Positions 30,216 to 40,506 of a stretch of 64,000 nt of DNA are shown here, piece by piece. Positions within the stretch are counted from its first letter, which is position 1. Each line of letters opens with the position of its first letter. Source of the DNA: Candidatus Poribacteria bacterium. Its GTDB lineage: Bacteria; Poribacteria; WGA-4E; WGA-3G. The stretch lies in the NCBI GenBank assembly GCA_965221425.1, contig OZ244889.1, positions 2,624,675 through 2,688,674 on the forward strand, read 5' to 3'. A program made the position numbers and the translations under genes. The notes under the pieces are model-generated. The model saw nothing but the letters and a program-made list of their open reading frames with translations. It was not told the origin of the DNA and ran no database searches.

Positions 30216-31265
30216 GTGAAGACTTATTTTTGGATTTCAGTTGTGTGCGTCATCTGTCTTGCACTTTTAGTATCAAACAGTCAACAAGCAGAAGACATTC
30301 CCAAGCTGTTAAAGGCGGTGCCGCTCTCACAAACAGCGATTCAACTCCAATTTGATGGCAAGCTGCAAGCAGAAACTGCTGAAAACGTTGAACTCTATCA
30401 GATTGCGCCAAAAATAAAAATAGAATTCGCGTGGCTTGATGAGCGTCTGAATCGTGTTCTGCTGCTCACTTCTCCGTTAGAGATAGGGAAAACTTATCAC
30501 CTCACACTAAAAAATACACAAACGGAGATGGACATAACACTTCTTGCCGAAAACGAAATAACTTTTGGGACTGGTAATACAGTCACATTCTCTGGTGGCT
30601 TGCAGGATACCAGTTTGATTGTCAATAAAGACCGTAAAACACGAAACAACAACGCTGGTGCTGAGCCAACCCTCTCATGTAATCCGACTGGAACCGTTTT
30701 CTTCGTCGCCTTTGACCTATTTGATGCATTTGAAGATATGGGTATCCGAGAACCGAAGCAGGTATTGGAGGCATCAATAAGTCTGCATGTGCAACAATCT
30801 GATTCAGATATTGCACAAACCGTTATTCTCCGGCGCGTCCTACTGCCCTGGCGTGAAGGCAGAGGCACATCAACCCGAGCAGAAGAGAACGAACTCACCT
30901 ATAATAGCGCGTTACATCGCAACTTGCCTTGGAATAAAGCACCCGCACAAGCCATGTTAGCAGGAATAGATGGTGATAATGAGAGTGATTACAACGGTTC
31001 TGAGGATGTCGCGCATCGAATTGATGGTGCTTTCAAGATTGAAGAAGCAGGAAAACATTATACTTTCAAAGGCGATTTAATCACCGATGCAATCCGCTTT
31101 TGGGTAAAAAATCCTGATTACAACTACGGTTATCTTTTTGCCTTACGGGATGGTAGTGTGCCTATCATTTTTTCTTCAAAAGAGGCAGCAGATGAAAACT
31201 TGCGTCCAGTGTTAACGATTCGGTACCAAACACAATCGGAAACAGGAACCGTTCCACCACGTTAA
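30216..31265 (+). CDS. secreted hypothetical protein (Ig-like N-terminal region; possible DNRLRE-type domain)
   Basis: GTG start with a ggagg RBS and a signal peptide. The domain assignment is weak. Confidence 0.45.
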   Translation: MKTYFWISVVCVICLALLVSNSQQAEDIPKLLKAVPLSQTAIQLQFDGKLQAETAENVELYQIAPKIKIEFAWLDERLNRVLLLTSPLEIGKTYHLTLKNTQTEMDITLLAENEITFGTGNTVTFSGGLQDTSLIVNKDRKTRNNNAGAEPTLSCNPTGTVFFVAFDLFDAFEDMGIREPKQVLEASISLHVQQSDSDIAQTVILRRVLLPWREGRGTSTRAEENELTYNSALHRNLPWNKAPAQAMLAGIDGDNESDYNGSEDVAHRIDGAFKIEEAGKHYTFKGDLITDAIRFWVKNPDYNYGYLFALRDGSVPIIFSSKEAADENLRPVLTIRYQTQSETGTVPPR

Positions 31266-31315
31266 AAATGTTAAGGTTTCTGTTATTCATAATTTACGCA
31301 TTTTCTCTTAAAGTC

Positions 31316-31398
31316 CCACTGATAAGGGGAATTTAGAGGGGTTAAATACTTAAAATAATGAATGACTTTTTAACCCCCCTAAGCCCCTTATCAAGGGT
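31316..31398. repeat. family G long hairpin (gataagggg…agggggttaaa / tttaacccc…ccccttatcaagg)
   Basis: About 27-bp imperfect inverted repeat between convergent genes. A second full copy is at 57909..57988 and a half copy at 28103..28135. Confidence 0.7.
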
Positions 31399-31461
31399 GA
31401 ATGTGTAAGTCCTGAAGAGTACCTGCCTGCAAGGTAATGATAAAGACCCCATACTTCACAC

Positions 31462-32478
31462 TTAAAACAGATTAGGGGTGACCTTTTTTAGTGTTCCCCA
31501 CAGGACTTTTTTTTTATCCTTCGGTGCAACAGGCAACGAGCCTTCTATCCAGGCCGGATACGTCTCATCTGCTTCTCCATCTGTCAACCGCGTGAGTTTT
31601 TGCGTGTTGAGATCGTAGCGATAAATATCGTAATTCGGGTTCGGTTTATCGCGCAACTCTACGTCTAAAAGCAAAGATTTGTCATTGTGCATCCAAACCG
31701 CCCTGATGATAAACGGATCGTCGCCGAGTTTGTCATGAAAGCCCTGGACGATGCTTATTCTGCCCCGATGGTGTTTGCCCCCAATGGTCGCAATGCTCAG
31801 GCGGCACTCCTGTTTGCCTTCTGGCCACGCGCAATCGTCAAACACAATCCTTTTCCCATCCGCAGACCACCGCGGAATGAACCGCTGCATCCCCCTAACC
31901 GGTTTCGGGTCAAGAAGCGGGCGCTGATTCGTGCCATCCGCCGACATCACATAAATATTTCTACCTATGTCTGTAATCCTTTCATACACGATCTGGCGAC
32001 CATCCGGCGACCAGTCGGGAAAAAATGCAGATTCTACACCTTCATGCCTTGTGAGCTGCGTAACATCCCGCGTCGCAAGGTCCATCACATACACATTCAA
32101 AGATCTGTTGAGCTCACTCGAAAATGTGAGCTTTGTCCCATCTGGCGACCAAGAGGGATATTCGTCACTAAAGTTGTTATCAGTGAGCCGTTGCTCGTTC
32201 GTTCCATCTGCGTTCATAATAAACAGCTCCGGCGATTTTTGATCGTTCTCAATCCATCGGACAAAAACGATCCTCTCGCCATCCGGCGACCATCGGGGGT
32301 CAACGTTATACATTGGCTTTTGGGTTTTTGTAAGTCTGCGCCGCTTCGTGCCATCGTCCTCCATCACATAAATGTCACGATATATAACGCAAACAATCTT
32401 CGCATCCACAGCAGACGTATCTACTAAGAACAGACAACAGCTGAACAGAATAACAATCAAAGGGCTTAGACGTCTCAT
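31462..32478 (-). CDS. PD40/TolB-like periplasmic beta-propeller protein
   Basis: Repeated PD40 signatures (PRWSPDGERIVF, PSWSPDGTKLTF, PDWSPDGRQIVY, PRWSADGKRIVF) and a signal peptide. Confidence 0.75.
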   Translation of the reverse strand: MRRLSPLIVILFSCCLFLVDTSAVDAKIVCVIYRDIYVMEDDGTKRRRLTKTQKPMYNVDPRWSPDGERIVFVRWIENDQKSPELFIMNADGTNEQRLTDNNFSDEYPSWSPDGTKLTFSSELNRSLNVYVMDLATRDVTQLTRHEGVESAFFPDWSPDGRQIVYERITDIGRNIYVMSADGTNQRPLLDPKPVRGMQRFIPRWSADGKRIVFDDCAWPEGKQECRLSIATIGGKHHRGRISIVQGFHDKLGDDPFIIRAVWMHNDKSLLLDVELRDKPNPNYDIYRYDLNTQKLTRLTDGEADETYPAWIEGSLPVAPKDKKKVLWGTLKKVTPNLF

Positions 32479-32544
32479 GTATAAATACCTCCTATTTGAG
32501 AAAAGCGATGCGGATACACCGCACCGCTTCTGCTTCTATCAGCG

Positions 32545-33060
32545 TTACGGTTTTTCGACCGTAAATCTAAGCCAGGCGGACGATCTGACTGATTTCCCGT
32601 CATCCCAAACGTTGTCGCCATTGAAATCGAATTTCAAGCCTAAGCTCACGTATCCGTATGCAGTGTATCTCCTCCCATCTCGCGCGTCTGTCATATCGAT
32701 CGAGAAGTCGGGGAAAAAGGATTTCCAATCACCCGGATCTACCGATCCTTTGTCTGAGTCCTCGTCCGAATCAAATGGAATTGGAGAGCCTTCCCGATAC
32801 ACAGCGAGTTCGTCGGACCAATAGTACCGAACAGTTTCATTACCACTGTAATTATCAATGTTCGCATACGAACCGGATTTGACATACGGGTGAATATAAG
32901 TAATACCCAGCGAGGTCTGTGCGTGAACACCGTTAATCGATATATTGTCGTGGTCACCGTGGTGATGAGCGGACAGATCCATTGGAAGCAGACAGAGTGT
33001 CGCAAAAAGCGCTATGAGTGTGATGATAGCAGCGTTTTGGGATAAAAGTTTGTAAAACAT
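32545..33060 (-). CDS. secreted His-rich hypothetical protein
   Basis: Signal peptide then SAHHHGDHDN. Confidence 0.4.
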   Translation of the reverse strand: MFYKLLSQNAAIITLIALFATLCLLPMDLSAHHHGDHDNISINGVHAQTSLGITYIHPYVKSGSYANIDNYSGNETVRYYWSDELAVYREGSPIPFDSDEDSDKGSVDPGDWKSFFPDFSIDMTDARDGRRYTAYGYVSLGLKFDFNGDNVWDDGKSVRSSAWLRFTVEKP

Positions 33061-33629
33061 GATTTCTCCTTTATAGGTTGATATACTCTCTTGAGCATAT
33101 CTGATAATTTCTCCGTTGAACGCATTTTACGTCCATCGGTTATTCTTGATTTGACAGTCCCGAAAGAAGAAAAAGTGAAAAGGAACGGTTCCTCATGCCT
33201 CTAACCTTTCGGGCCCGCTGGTTTTCATCTTTCAATAGTCACAGACCCTGTGCCTGTGATAGAATGAAAACCAGCCCTGTCATACTACTTCTATGACACG
33301 GTTACGCGCTGGAGTGCGCGAACACTCTCAGCGCGCCCCCTAAGGGGTTGCGTGCCCCGGTGTAACACATGCACACCCGTGCATGCGAAACACCTTGTGA
33401 TTTATGGATATCCATCTGTTGCTTTAGCGGGAAGGCTACCCATGCCTTTAAAACAACAACGGGCACCCCTGCCTACTAAAGCGGATAACTAATATTCTTA
33501 GTTAAAGGACACCCATATTGTTATCCGTTTTAGTAGTATAAGTATTATACAACGTAAATAATAAAATGTCAAATTAAATTTAAAAAATGTAAATTAACTG
33601 AAATTGGCATATTTTTTTGGTACTCGTTG

Positions 33630-34400
33630 TCTGAATCGCAGAGAGCGCGGGTTTTGTATCGCAAACTTTTAGTTTGCGTTTTTTGACACAAACTGGAAAG
33701 TTTGTGCTACAGGTTCAAAGTGTGCCGTAATCCCTTGAAAAGCAACTTATTTCAACAAACCCTTTTCCGCGTCCTCCGCGCTCTCCGCGATTCAGACAAC
33801 ACGCGCGGGCAGATACCCACAGCGCGTGCCTACTCCTATGCAATACGCAATTTATATGCCAACTTCAAAACCGATATTCTACCAATTTCTGCACAAAAAT
33901 GTGCAGCTGCCGCTGCAGCTGCACAATATCGGGCATGTCTTTTGTATCGCAAACTTTTAGTTTGCGGTTTGTGGCACAAACTGGAAAGTTTGTGCTACAT
34001 TTTTTGGTGTCATCCGCGATTCAGACAACACGCACAGGCGGACGGCACCAAATCAACGGTATGAATGCCATTTAGGCATTCCCCGCAGCGTGTGCCTGCT
34101 ACTGTAACAAACTCCACCCTCCGTATCATTCGCGATTCTGATAGCAAATCGGTCCTTTTGCGAGGTTCGGAAGAAATCAAGAAATCAACGGTATGAATCA
34201 TGGCGAATGCCATACGGGGAATGCCATTAAGGCATTCATACCGTTGATTTGGCGCATTCGTCTTTAGCCATTCCCCGGGTATGAATCATGACGAATACGC
34301 ATAAGGTATTCGCCATGATTCCCCGCCTCGTCTGCAGAGGTGTACACTTGTCTCATGTAGACAGAAAATTGCCGAATTAATAAATTAATCTTCATTCAAG
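33630..34400. repeat. nested repeat island (families C, D, A, H)
   Basis: tgtctgaatcgcagag / cgcgattcagacaac ends (family C) at 33630, 33787, 34015 and 34127. The tgtatcgcaaacttttagtttgcg…cacaaactggaaagtttgtgctac module (family D) occurs twice (33655..33712, 33942..34000). Multiple interleaved family A cores lie between 34050 and 34340. Confidence 0.7.
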
Positions 34401-34446
34401 GGGGGATGCGCAAGTCCTGAACACTTGACTAAGCACTAATAGCATT

Positions 34447-35733
34447 TTACAGATATTTCCGCAAATGTACCAATGTCTGTTGGACCGCGCCAAGGTTTTC
34501 TTCAATTACGCGTTTGCCTATATTTCCAGCTTTTGTGCGTTTTTCTTTGTCATGCATCCATTCAGTAATAACAGATGCCATCTGTTGTGGCATATTTACA
34601 AGTTTTGCCGCGCCTCTCTCCAGTAACAAAGATGCTTCATAAGAATTTTGGATAGTAGGGCCAAATAATACCGGTTTTGCCATTGCAGCAGGTTCCATCA
34701 CATTGTGAACACTACCGTGAAAACTCCCTCCGACAAATGCTATATCCGCTAACTGATACAACTTTGCTAAAAGTCCTACTGCATCAATGATAAGAATATC
34801 TATCTCTTCCAAATTTGCATCGCAATTAAGTGCTGAGTAACAACGATATGTGAATTTTCGCTTATTCAATTCTGCTTGAATTTCGGTTATTCGCTTAGGT
34901 GTTGGTTCGTGTGGCACTAAAACTAAGTGTAGGTTATGCTCAAACATATCTTCACGAAGCATTTGATACATCTCCAATAGAACTTTCTCATCCTCTGAGT
35001 ATGTGCTACCAGCCAGGAGGATAGGACGATTTAAAGTCGCTTGCCCGGGAAAAAATTCAGTGTTAGGTTCAACTGAAAGTGCGCGTCGATAAACCTGTTC
35101 ATAGCGGGTATCGCCGGTAACAACAACCTGATGTTCTGAAGGGCAGAGTTGTTGAAATCGAGCGGCATCCGCTTCCGAAATAGCACAATGCAACGTAATA
35201 CACCGATGCACACTCCTGAAAAAGCACCTTGCGAATCTACCAAGACGTTTCGATCCAGCATGCAGCGTGCCAGCAATAACAATGATAGGAATATCTTGTT
35301 TAGATGCTTTCCAAACGAGGTTGGGCCAAACATCATATCTCGAAAAAATCAGACACGTAGGTTTAATAAGGTGTATTAAACGTTCTGCCTTGTGAGGTGT
35401 GTCAAAAGGGAGGTAAACAGCTGCATCCGCGTACTGATAGGATTCAACATTCGGCGCAACCGAAGGGGAGAAGAAAGTTAATACAATGCGGGCATCTGCA
35501 TAAATCGCTTCAATCAGCGGTTTTACCTGCTCAAATTCGCCGACAGAAGTAAAATGAAACCATGCTGTTTTCTCTAAATTTCGCGCGTCATGGAGTTGGT
35601 CAATCAATTTATCAAATACTTGTCTCCGTCCGATGATACCTTCCCGGATTTTGCGATTGCAACACGCTGCCAAGTGAAAACCGATAAATATAACGGGAAG
35701 TGCAAACGCATTGTAGACAAATCGCCAAAACAT
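34447..35733 (-). CDS. waaA: 3-deoxy-D-manno-octulosonic acid (Kdo) transferase
   Basis: The N-terminal signature TAWFHFTSVGEFEQVKPLIEAI matches the Glycos_transf_N (KdtA) domain (…WIHAVSVGE…), and the length (428 aa) fits. Confidence 0.8.
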   Translation of the reverse strand: MFWRFVYNAFALPVIFIGFHLAACCNRKIREGIIGRRQVFDKLIDQLHDARNLEKTAWFHFTSVGEFEQVKPLIEAIYADARIVLTFFSPSVAPNVESYQYADAAVYLPFDTPHKAERLIHLIKPTCLIFSRYDVWPNLVWKASKQDIPIIVIAGTLHAGSKRLGRFARCFFRSVHRCITLHCAISEADAARFQQLCPSEHQVVVTGDTRYEQVYRRALSVEPNTEFFPGQATLNRPILLAGSTYSEDEKVLLEMYQMLREDMFEHNLHLVLVPHEPTPKRITEIQAELNKRKFTYRCYSALNCDANLEEIDILIIDAVGLLAKLYQLADIAFVGGSFHGSVHNVMEPAAMAKPVLFGPTIQNSYEASLLLERGAAKLVNMPQQMASVITEWMHDKEKRTKAGNIGKRVIEENLGAVQQTLVHLRKYL

Positions 35734-35868
35734 AATACTTCGCTAAGGAAAACAGACTGCAGGTTGCTGATACCGCGAACCCCTTGCAGAAGCCTGCCGA
35801 AACGGGACATGCTTCGGCTTAGGTGCTTCTACATCGGGGTTGGAAACCCCTCCAACAGTAATTCGTAA

Positions 35869-36195
35869 TTAAAGCGCATCCAAGATTTTTTTCTTCAGCG
35901 CATCTTTGGGCATTGCGCCGACAATCTGATCCGCCACCACTCCATCTTTGAAAACAAGTAGTGTCGGAATACTGCGCACACTATATTTCATTGCTGTTTG
36001 ACGGTTATCATCCACGTTGACTTTTCCGACTTTGAAAGTGTCCGCATTTTCAGAGGCAAGTTCCTCCAAAATAGGCGCAATCATTTTGCACGGACCGCAC
36101 CATTCTGCCCAAAAGTCAACAACGACAGGTATATCAGATGTAAGCACCATTCCTTCAAACGTATCGTCGGTAATTTCAAAAGTATTTTCAGCCAT
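35869..36195 (-). CDS. trxA: thioredoxin
   Basis: WAEWCGPCK active site, 108 aa. Confidence 0.92.
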   Translation of the reverse strand: MAENTFEITDDTFEGMVLTSDIPVVVDFWAEWCGPCKMIAPILEELASENADTFKVGKVNVDDNRQTAMKYSVRSIPTLLVFKDGVVADQIVGAMPKDALKKKILDAL

Positions 36196-36406
36196 GATAG
36201 CTCCTTTAACTTTAAATGATATGAAATGATTCAGGTATGTTCGTCACTATGGTTCTCAAATGTTGTAATGAAATTTCAGAATTTTATTAAGACATCCACA
36301 GCCTTTTGATTTGGCAAGATTGAAAAATAACACTTTCTTTCAGACGAATCAATATTTAAATATGTTACCTTATTCCAAAATTAATTTCCACTCAATTGTT
36401 TAATGT

Positions 36407-36740
36407 GGTATGTAAAGTTTTTGGCATGTGTTGTCTGAATCGCGGATTGCGCAGATTGCGCGGATTTTAACACACTGTCCGAGAAGTGTTTTACTCCAAT
36501 CAGCGTCCTGATATCCTATAGACAAACGATGCTCTTCTGCTGGCAGAAAAATCTGTCAGCATCATAGTCATAATCCGCGAAGTCCGGGGAATGAAGTTTA
36601 AATAGATATTTCGGTAATTTTGCGAAGTTAGGAAACCTCGCAAAATTACCCAATTTATTTTTTTATCTTCATAATGGCATTCATACCGTTGATTTGGTGG
36701 CAATCCGCGATTCAGACAACTGACAAAATATTTACACACC
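36407..36740. mobile_element. composite MITE: family C shell with family A element nested inside
   Basis: The ends ggtatgtaaagtttttggcatgtgttgtctgaatcgcggat … atccgcgattcagacaactgacaaaatatttacacaccc are inverted. The interior carries the A core …gcgaagttaggaaacctcgcaaaattacccaatttatttttttatcttcat…ggcattcataccgttgattt. Confidence 0.65.
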
Positions 36741-36881
36741 CGTTAATGTTGATCGTATTGACAAAAGACTTACAAATCTGCTATACTTAAATAGTGTACT
36801 GTTGTAATTGTGAGCGTGAATACACGCAGCGATCACATCAATATCTCTTCAGAAGCATTATTAATTCGCAAGGAGTAAACA

Positions 36882-37757
36882 ATGTTGAATGCAAACCCTT
36901 TTCAACAGCCAGGACATTGGTATCGAGGTAATACACACAGCCACAGCACTGAATCCGATGGGAAGCTTTCCATTCCAGATCGCTTCGCAGCGTATCAAGA
37001 TGCAGGTTACGATTTCCTCGTCCTAACAGATCATCGAAAAGTGAACGATGTCCAAGCTTATAGTACATCCGACTTTTTAGCAATATCGGGAAGCGAAGTG
37101 CATCCATCAAATCCTTACGGAGGTGATACATATCACTTTGTTGCGATAAATATCCATGAACCTGTAAATTGTGCAAAGATGCATCCAAATGCTGTTATTA
37201 ATGACATAAAGGAACAAGGCGGAGAAGCAGTGCTATGCCATCCTTACTGGTGTGGACATACAATTTCTGATTATTTGCCGTTGCGTGGTTACTTTGCTGT
37301 TGAAGTCTACAATGATACCTGTATGACTATCGGTAAGGGATTTTCTGAACAGGCATGGGACGACTTGTTGGACAAATGCGGACCCGTGCACGGCATCGCT
37401 GCTGATGATGCACACGGCACAGAACATGACTGTTTCCACGGATGGATAATGGTAAAAGCACAGGAACTGACACTGGATAGCATCATGGAAGCTCTACGTA
37501 CAGGTGCTTTTTATTCCACACTCGGACCAGAAATCAGCGACATAAATCTAACTGATAACCAGCTTACTGTTAAATGTTCAGAGGCACAATCAATCGTTTT
37601 CAAAGCTGAACGCAGTCGTGGTAGGCGGTTCCTGCCAACGAATGGTGGACTCCTAACAGAAGCAACGTATACTGTTTCTGGCGGTACAAAATATGTCCGA
37701 ATTGAAGTGACGGATGAGACAGGCAAAAAGGCTTGGTCAAATCCTTTTTATTTTTAA
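36882..37757 (+). CDS. CehA/McbA-family (PHP-like) metallohydrolase
   Basis: WYRGNTHSHSTESDG…LTDH…HP.W pattern. aaggag RBS. Confidence 0.6.
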   Translation: MLNANPFQQPGHWYRGNTHSHSTESDGKLSIPDRFAAYQDAGYDFLVLTDHRKVNDVQAYSTSDFLAISGSEVHPSNPYGGDTYHFVAINIHEPVNCAKMHPNAVINDIKEQGGEAVLCHPYWCGHTISDYLPLRGYFAVEVYNDTCMTIGKGFSEQAWDDLLDKCGPVHGIAADDAHGTEHDCFHGWIMVKAQELTLDSIMEALRTGAFYSTLGPEISDINLTDNQLTVKCSEAQSIVFKAERSRGRRFLPTNGGLLTEATYTVSGGTKYVRIEVTDETGKKAWSNPFYF

Positions 37758-38830
37758 TGCAAAAAATACTTGTGTGCCACACAGGGGCTTGGATCGGGGA
37801 TATGGTCCTACTTACGCCGGCTTTGCGCTTGCTCAAACAAGCATATCCCGAATCCTACCTGACGGTACTGTTGCGCCCGCTTGTGGCTAACTTGATGAAT
37901 ACAAATCCGTACGTTGACAGCTACATCGTTGATACAAAACAGGAAGGTATCTACCGATCATTTATAAGATTAGTGCGTCAAATTTGTGACAACACCTTTG
38001 ACACCGCTATCGTGTTCCATCCCACCTCATTCCGAAATGCACTGCTGCCTTATTTGGCACGAATTCCGATACGTATTGGGGCAAACTACAAAGGACGCGA
38101 ATTTTTTCTAACATCATCCTGTCCAAACAACACTAATCTTCATGAAGTTGATCGTTATTTAAGCGTACTACACCTGCTTAATATTAACGGAGTCCCTATT
38201 GAAAAGTCCGTGGACATAACCGGTAGTCTCTCATCAACATATTTAGAATTTTGGCATACAGATGCGGATCGTCAAATGATTCAACAAGCGCTTGAGAATG
38301 AAGGCGTATCTCCTAATGAGCGGTTGATAGCAGTTAATGTAGGCACAACTTGGCAGACAAAACGTTGGGACGCGCGTAATTTCGCCGAGGTTATCAATCA
38401 AATCTCAAACGCTGGACCTGATGTCAAAATTGTCTTAACTGGTTCAGGCTCAGAAGAAATAATCGTAGAAAAATTGTCGCTTTCAGAATCAGTAATAAAT
38501 TTCGTAGGAAATACTGACATATTTCAGCTCGGTGCGTTATTAGAACGGTGTGAGATATGTCTAACTTGTGATAGTGGTCCGATGCACATAGCGGCTGCTG
38601 TCGGCACCCCGACAGTTGCACTCTTTGGACCAACAGACCCAAAGCGTCACAGACCTTACGGCATTGGCCACACTGTGATTGAGAAACCCATTTCGTGTAG
38701 ACCGTGTTACAAACGTACCTGTCATCGCCAGGATACACCGCACCTGTGCATGCAAGAAATAAACACAACTGAAGTTGTAGAAACATTAACAAAAAAGCTC
38801 AGCCAGATAAATCTTAACAACTACGCATAA
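37758..38830 (+). CDS. glycosyltransferase family 9 (LPS heptosyltransferase-like)
   Basis: KILVCHTGAWIGDMVLLTPALRLLKQAYP… and the C-terminal …DSGPMHIAAAVGTPTVALFGPTDP motif are typical of GT9. The ATG at 37758 is the preferred start; the listed ORF starts at 37733. Confidence 0.8.
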
Positions 38831-38859
38831 AATTTTTAGAAAAGGAATAACGAATATAG

Positions 38860-39609
38860 ATGATCCGTGCATTAATTTTTGACTTTGGTGGCACATTGGA
38901 TGGAAACGGCATCCACTGGTTAGAGCGAACGTACCAGTTTATTCAGAAACGCCATCCTGAAATCACACGAGAGGAATTTGATGTTGCAGATAAAGCAACA
39001 ATAACAGAATTCGCATTCGGTGACGCTTCTGTTGATTGGTCTTATCAAGAAGGTTCAATGTTACCTGTCGGCGCGGTTGCAAATAGCAAGGCTGCACGTT
39101 GCACTTTGCGAGAAACTTCCGATACTATCGCTACCGGTATTTTTAAACGCCTTAATTTGAGTGATCAATTGAAAGACGAATATGTGGAATGGTTTTGCCA
39201 AGGAGTCTCACAGAGTCTTTCAAAGAACCGTCAATGGCTCAAAACACTTCATGGTAATTATAAACTTGGTGTAATTAGTAATAACTTTGGGAATACGCGT
39301 GGATGGTGTAATGAATATCAACTTACCCCACTGTTTGATGTAATCATAGATTCTACTGTGTTTGGTATAGCAAAACCTGATCCACGTATTTTTGAAGCCG
39401 CGCTGTCTGAACTGTGTGTCGCACCGTCAGAGGCTATCTATATAGGTGATAGCTATAAAGCAGATATGATAGGCGCGAAAAAGGTTGGTATGTGGACTGC
39501 TTGGATGGTCGGAAACCAAACAAAAGCGTGTTTAGACTTATCCGTTGTAGATGTACAACTCTCCCATTTGCACGAATTGAGCGATTTTCTATCATCCGTA
39601 GCAACCTAA
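38860..39609 (+). CDS. HAD-superfamily hydrolase
   Basis: Motif I IFDFGGTL and a C-terminal GDSxxD-like motif. Confidence 0.75.
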   Translation: MIRALIFDFGGTLDGNGIHWLERTYQFIQKRHPEITREEFDVADKATITEFAFGDASVDWSYQEGSMLPVGAVANSKAARCTLRETSDTIATGIFKRLNLSDQLKDEYVEWFCQGVSQSLSKNRQWLKTLHGNYKLGVISNNFGNTRGWCNEYQLTPLFDVIIDSTVFGIAKPDPRIFEAALSELCVAPSEAIYIGDSYKADMIGAKKVGMWTAWMVGNQTKACLDLSVVDVQLSHLHELSDFLSSVAT

Positions 39610-39669
39610 TGCATGCTCAGATTATAAACGAAATTGGGTTTGCATCGTTTTAACATGAGGAGACATTAA

Positions 39670-40278
39670 ATGCGGAAATTCATCACAAGTTTCGGACTCA
39701 TATTTGCCCTTACCGCTTTCGCGTTAGCAGCAGAAAAGTCTGTCAAAATTGATGAAAAGGTCAAGGAGTGGAGTCTCAAAGATACTGAGGCTAAAACGCA
39801 TTCACTAAAAAAACTTAGTGAGGAGAAAAAAGCGGTTGTGCTAATATTTCTTGCTACGCAATGTCCAGCGATGGATGATTATGTTGAGCGCATCAATACC
39901 CAAGTTAAAGATTACAAAGAGAAAGATGTCCAATTTGTTGGTATTCATTCCAATAAGTACGAAACAGCAGAAGAAATCAAAAAGTATCGCAAGAAACACA
40001 AATTTGAATTTCCCATTCTCAAGGACCCTGACAACAAAATAGCAGACTATTTTCAAGCACGTAGAACACCAGAGGTTTTTCTTATAGATGCAAACAACAT
40101 ACTACGGTATAGAGGTGCTATTGACAATAGCCGAAAAACACCTGAAAACCAATATCTACGGAATGTACTAAATCTGATATTAGACGGAAAAACTATTCCA
40201 GATAAGCAGAAAAAAACGCGTGCAATCGGTTGCACGATCAAACGGGTTAGAAAAGCAGATTTAGACCGAACCCCTTAG
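39670..40278 (+). CDS. secreted thioredoxin-fold (redoxin/AhpC-TSA-like) protein
   Basis: Signal peptide; VVLIFLATQCPAM…FVGI…EFPILKD…EVFLID is a redoxin-like pattern. It has a single Cys at the CxxC position. Confidence 0.55.
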   Translation: MRKFITSFGLIFALTAFALAAEKSVKIDEKVKEWSLKDTEAKTHSLKKLSEEKKAVVLIFLATQCPAMDDYVERINTQVKDYKEKDVQFVGIHSNKYETAEEIKKYRKKHKFEFPILKDPDNKIADYFQARRTPEVFLIDANNILRYRGAIDNSRKTPENQYLRNVLNLILDGKTIPDKQKKTRAIGCTIKRVRKADLDRTP

Positions 40279-40506
40279 AATAGAAGTAAAAAGTCTATTT
40301 TAACGTAAGTTCGGAGTAAGATATACAGTTCTCAATGCTCAATTCTACTCTGATAGCCACGGTAGGTGCGGTTTCCTAACCACACTTTGTAGCATAAACT
40401 TTTAGTTTGTGCATCCGTGGAACGCAAACTAAAGTTTGCGCTACGAAAGATCGCTTATACTGAACTCACGTTATTTTACTTTCTCAAAAAATCATTGGAG
40501 AAACAC

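Noticed and set aside
33702-34064. 120-aa ORF on the plus strand
   Set aside because: It lies entirely within the family C/D/A repeat island. It has no RBS, and its translation is dominated by repeat-encoded low-complexity sequence (…AAAAAAQYRA…).
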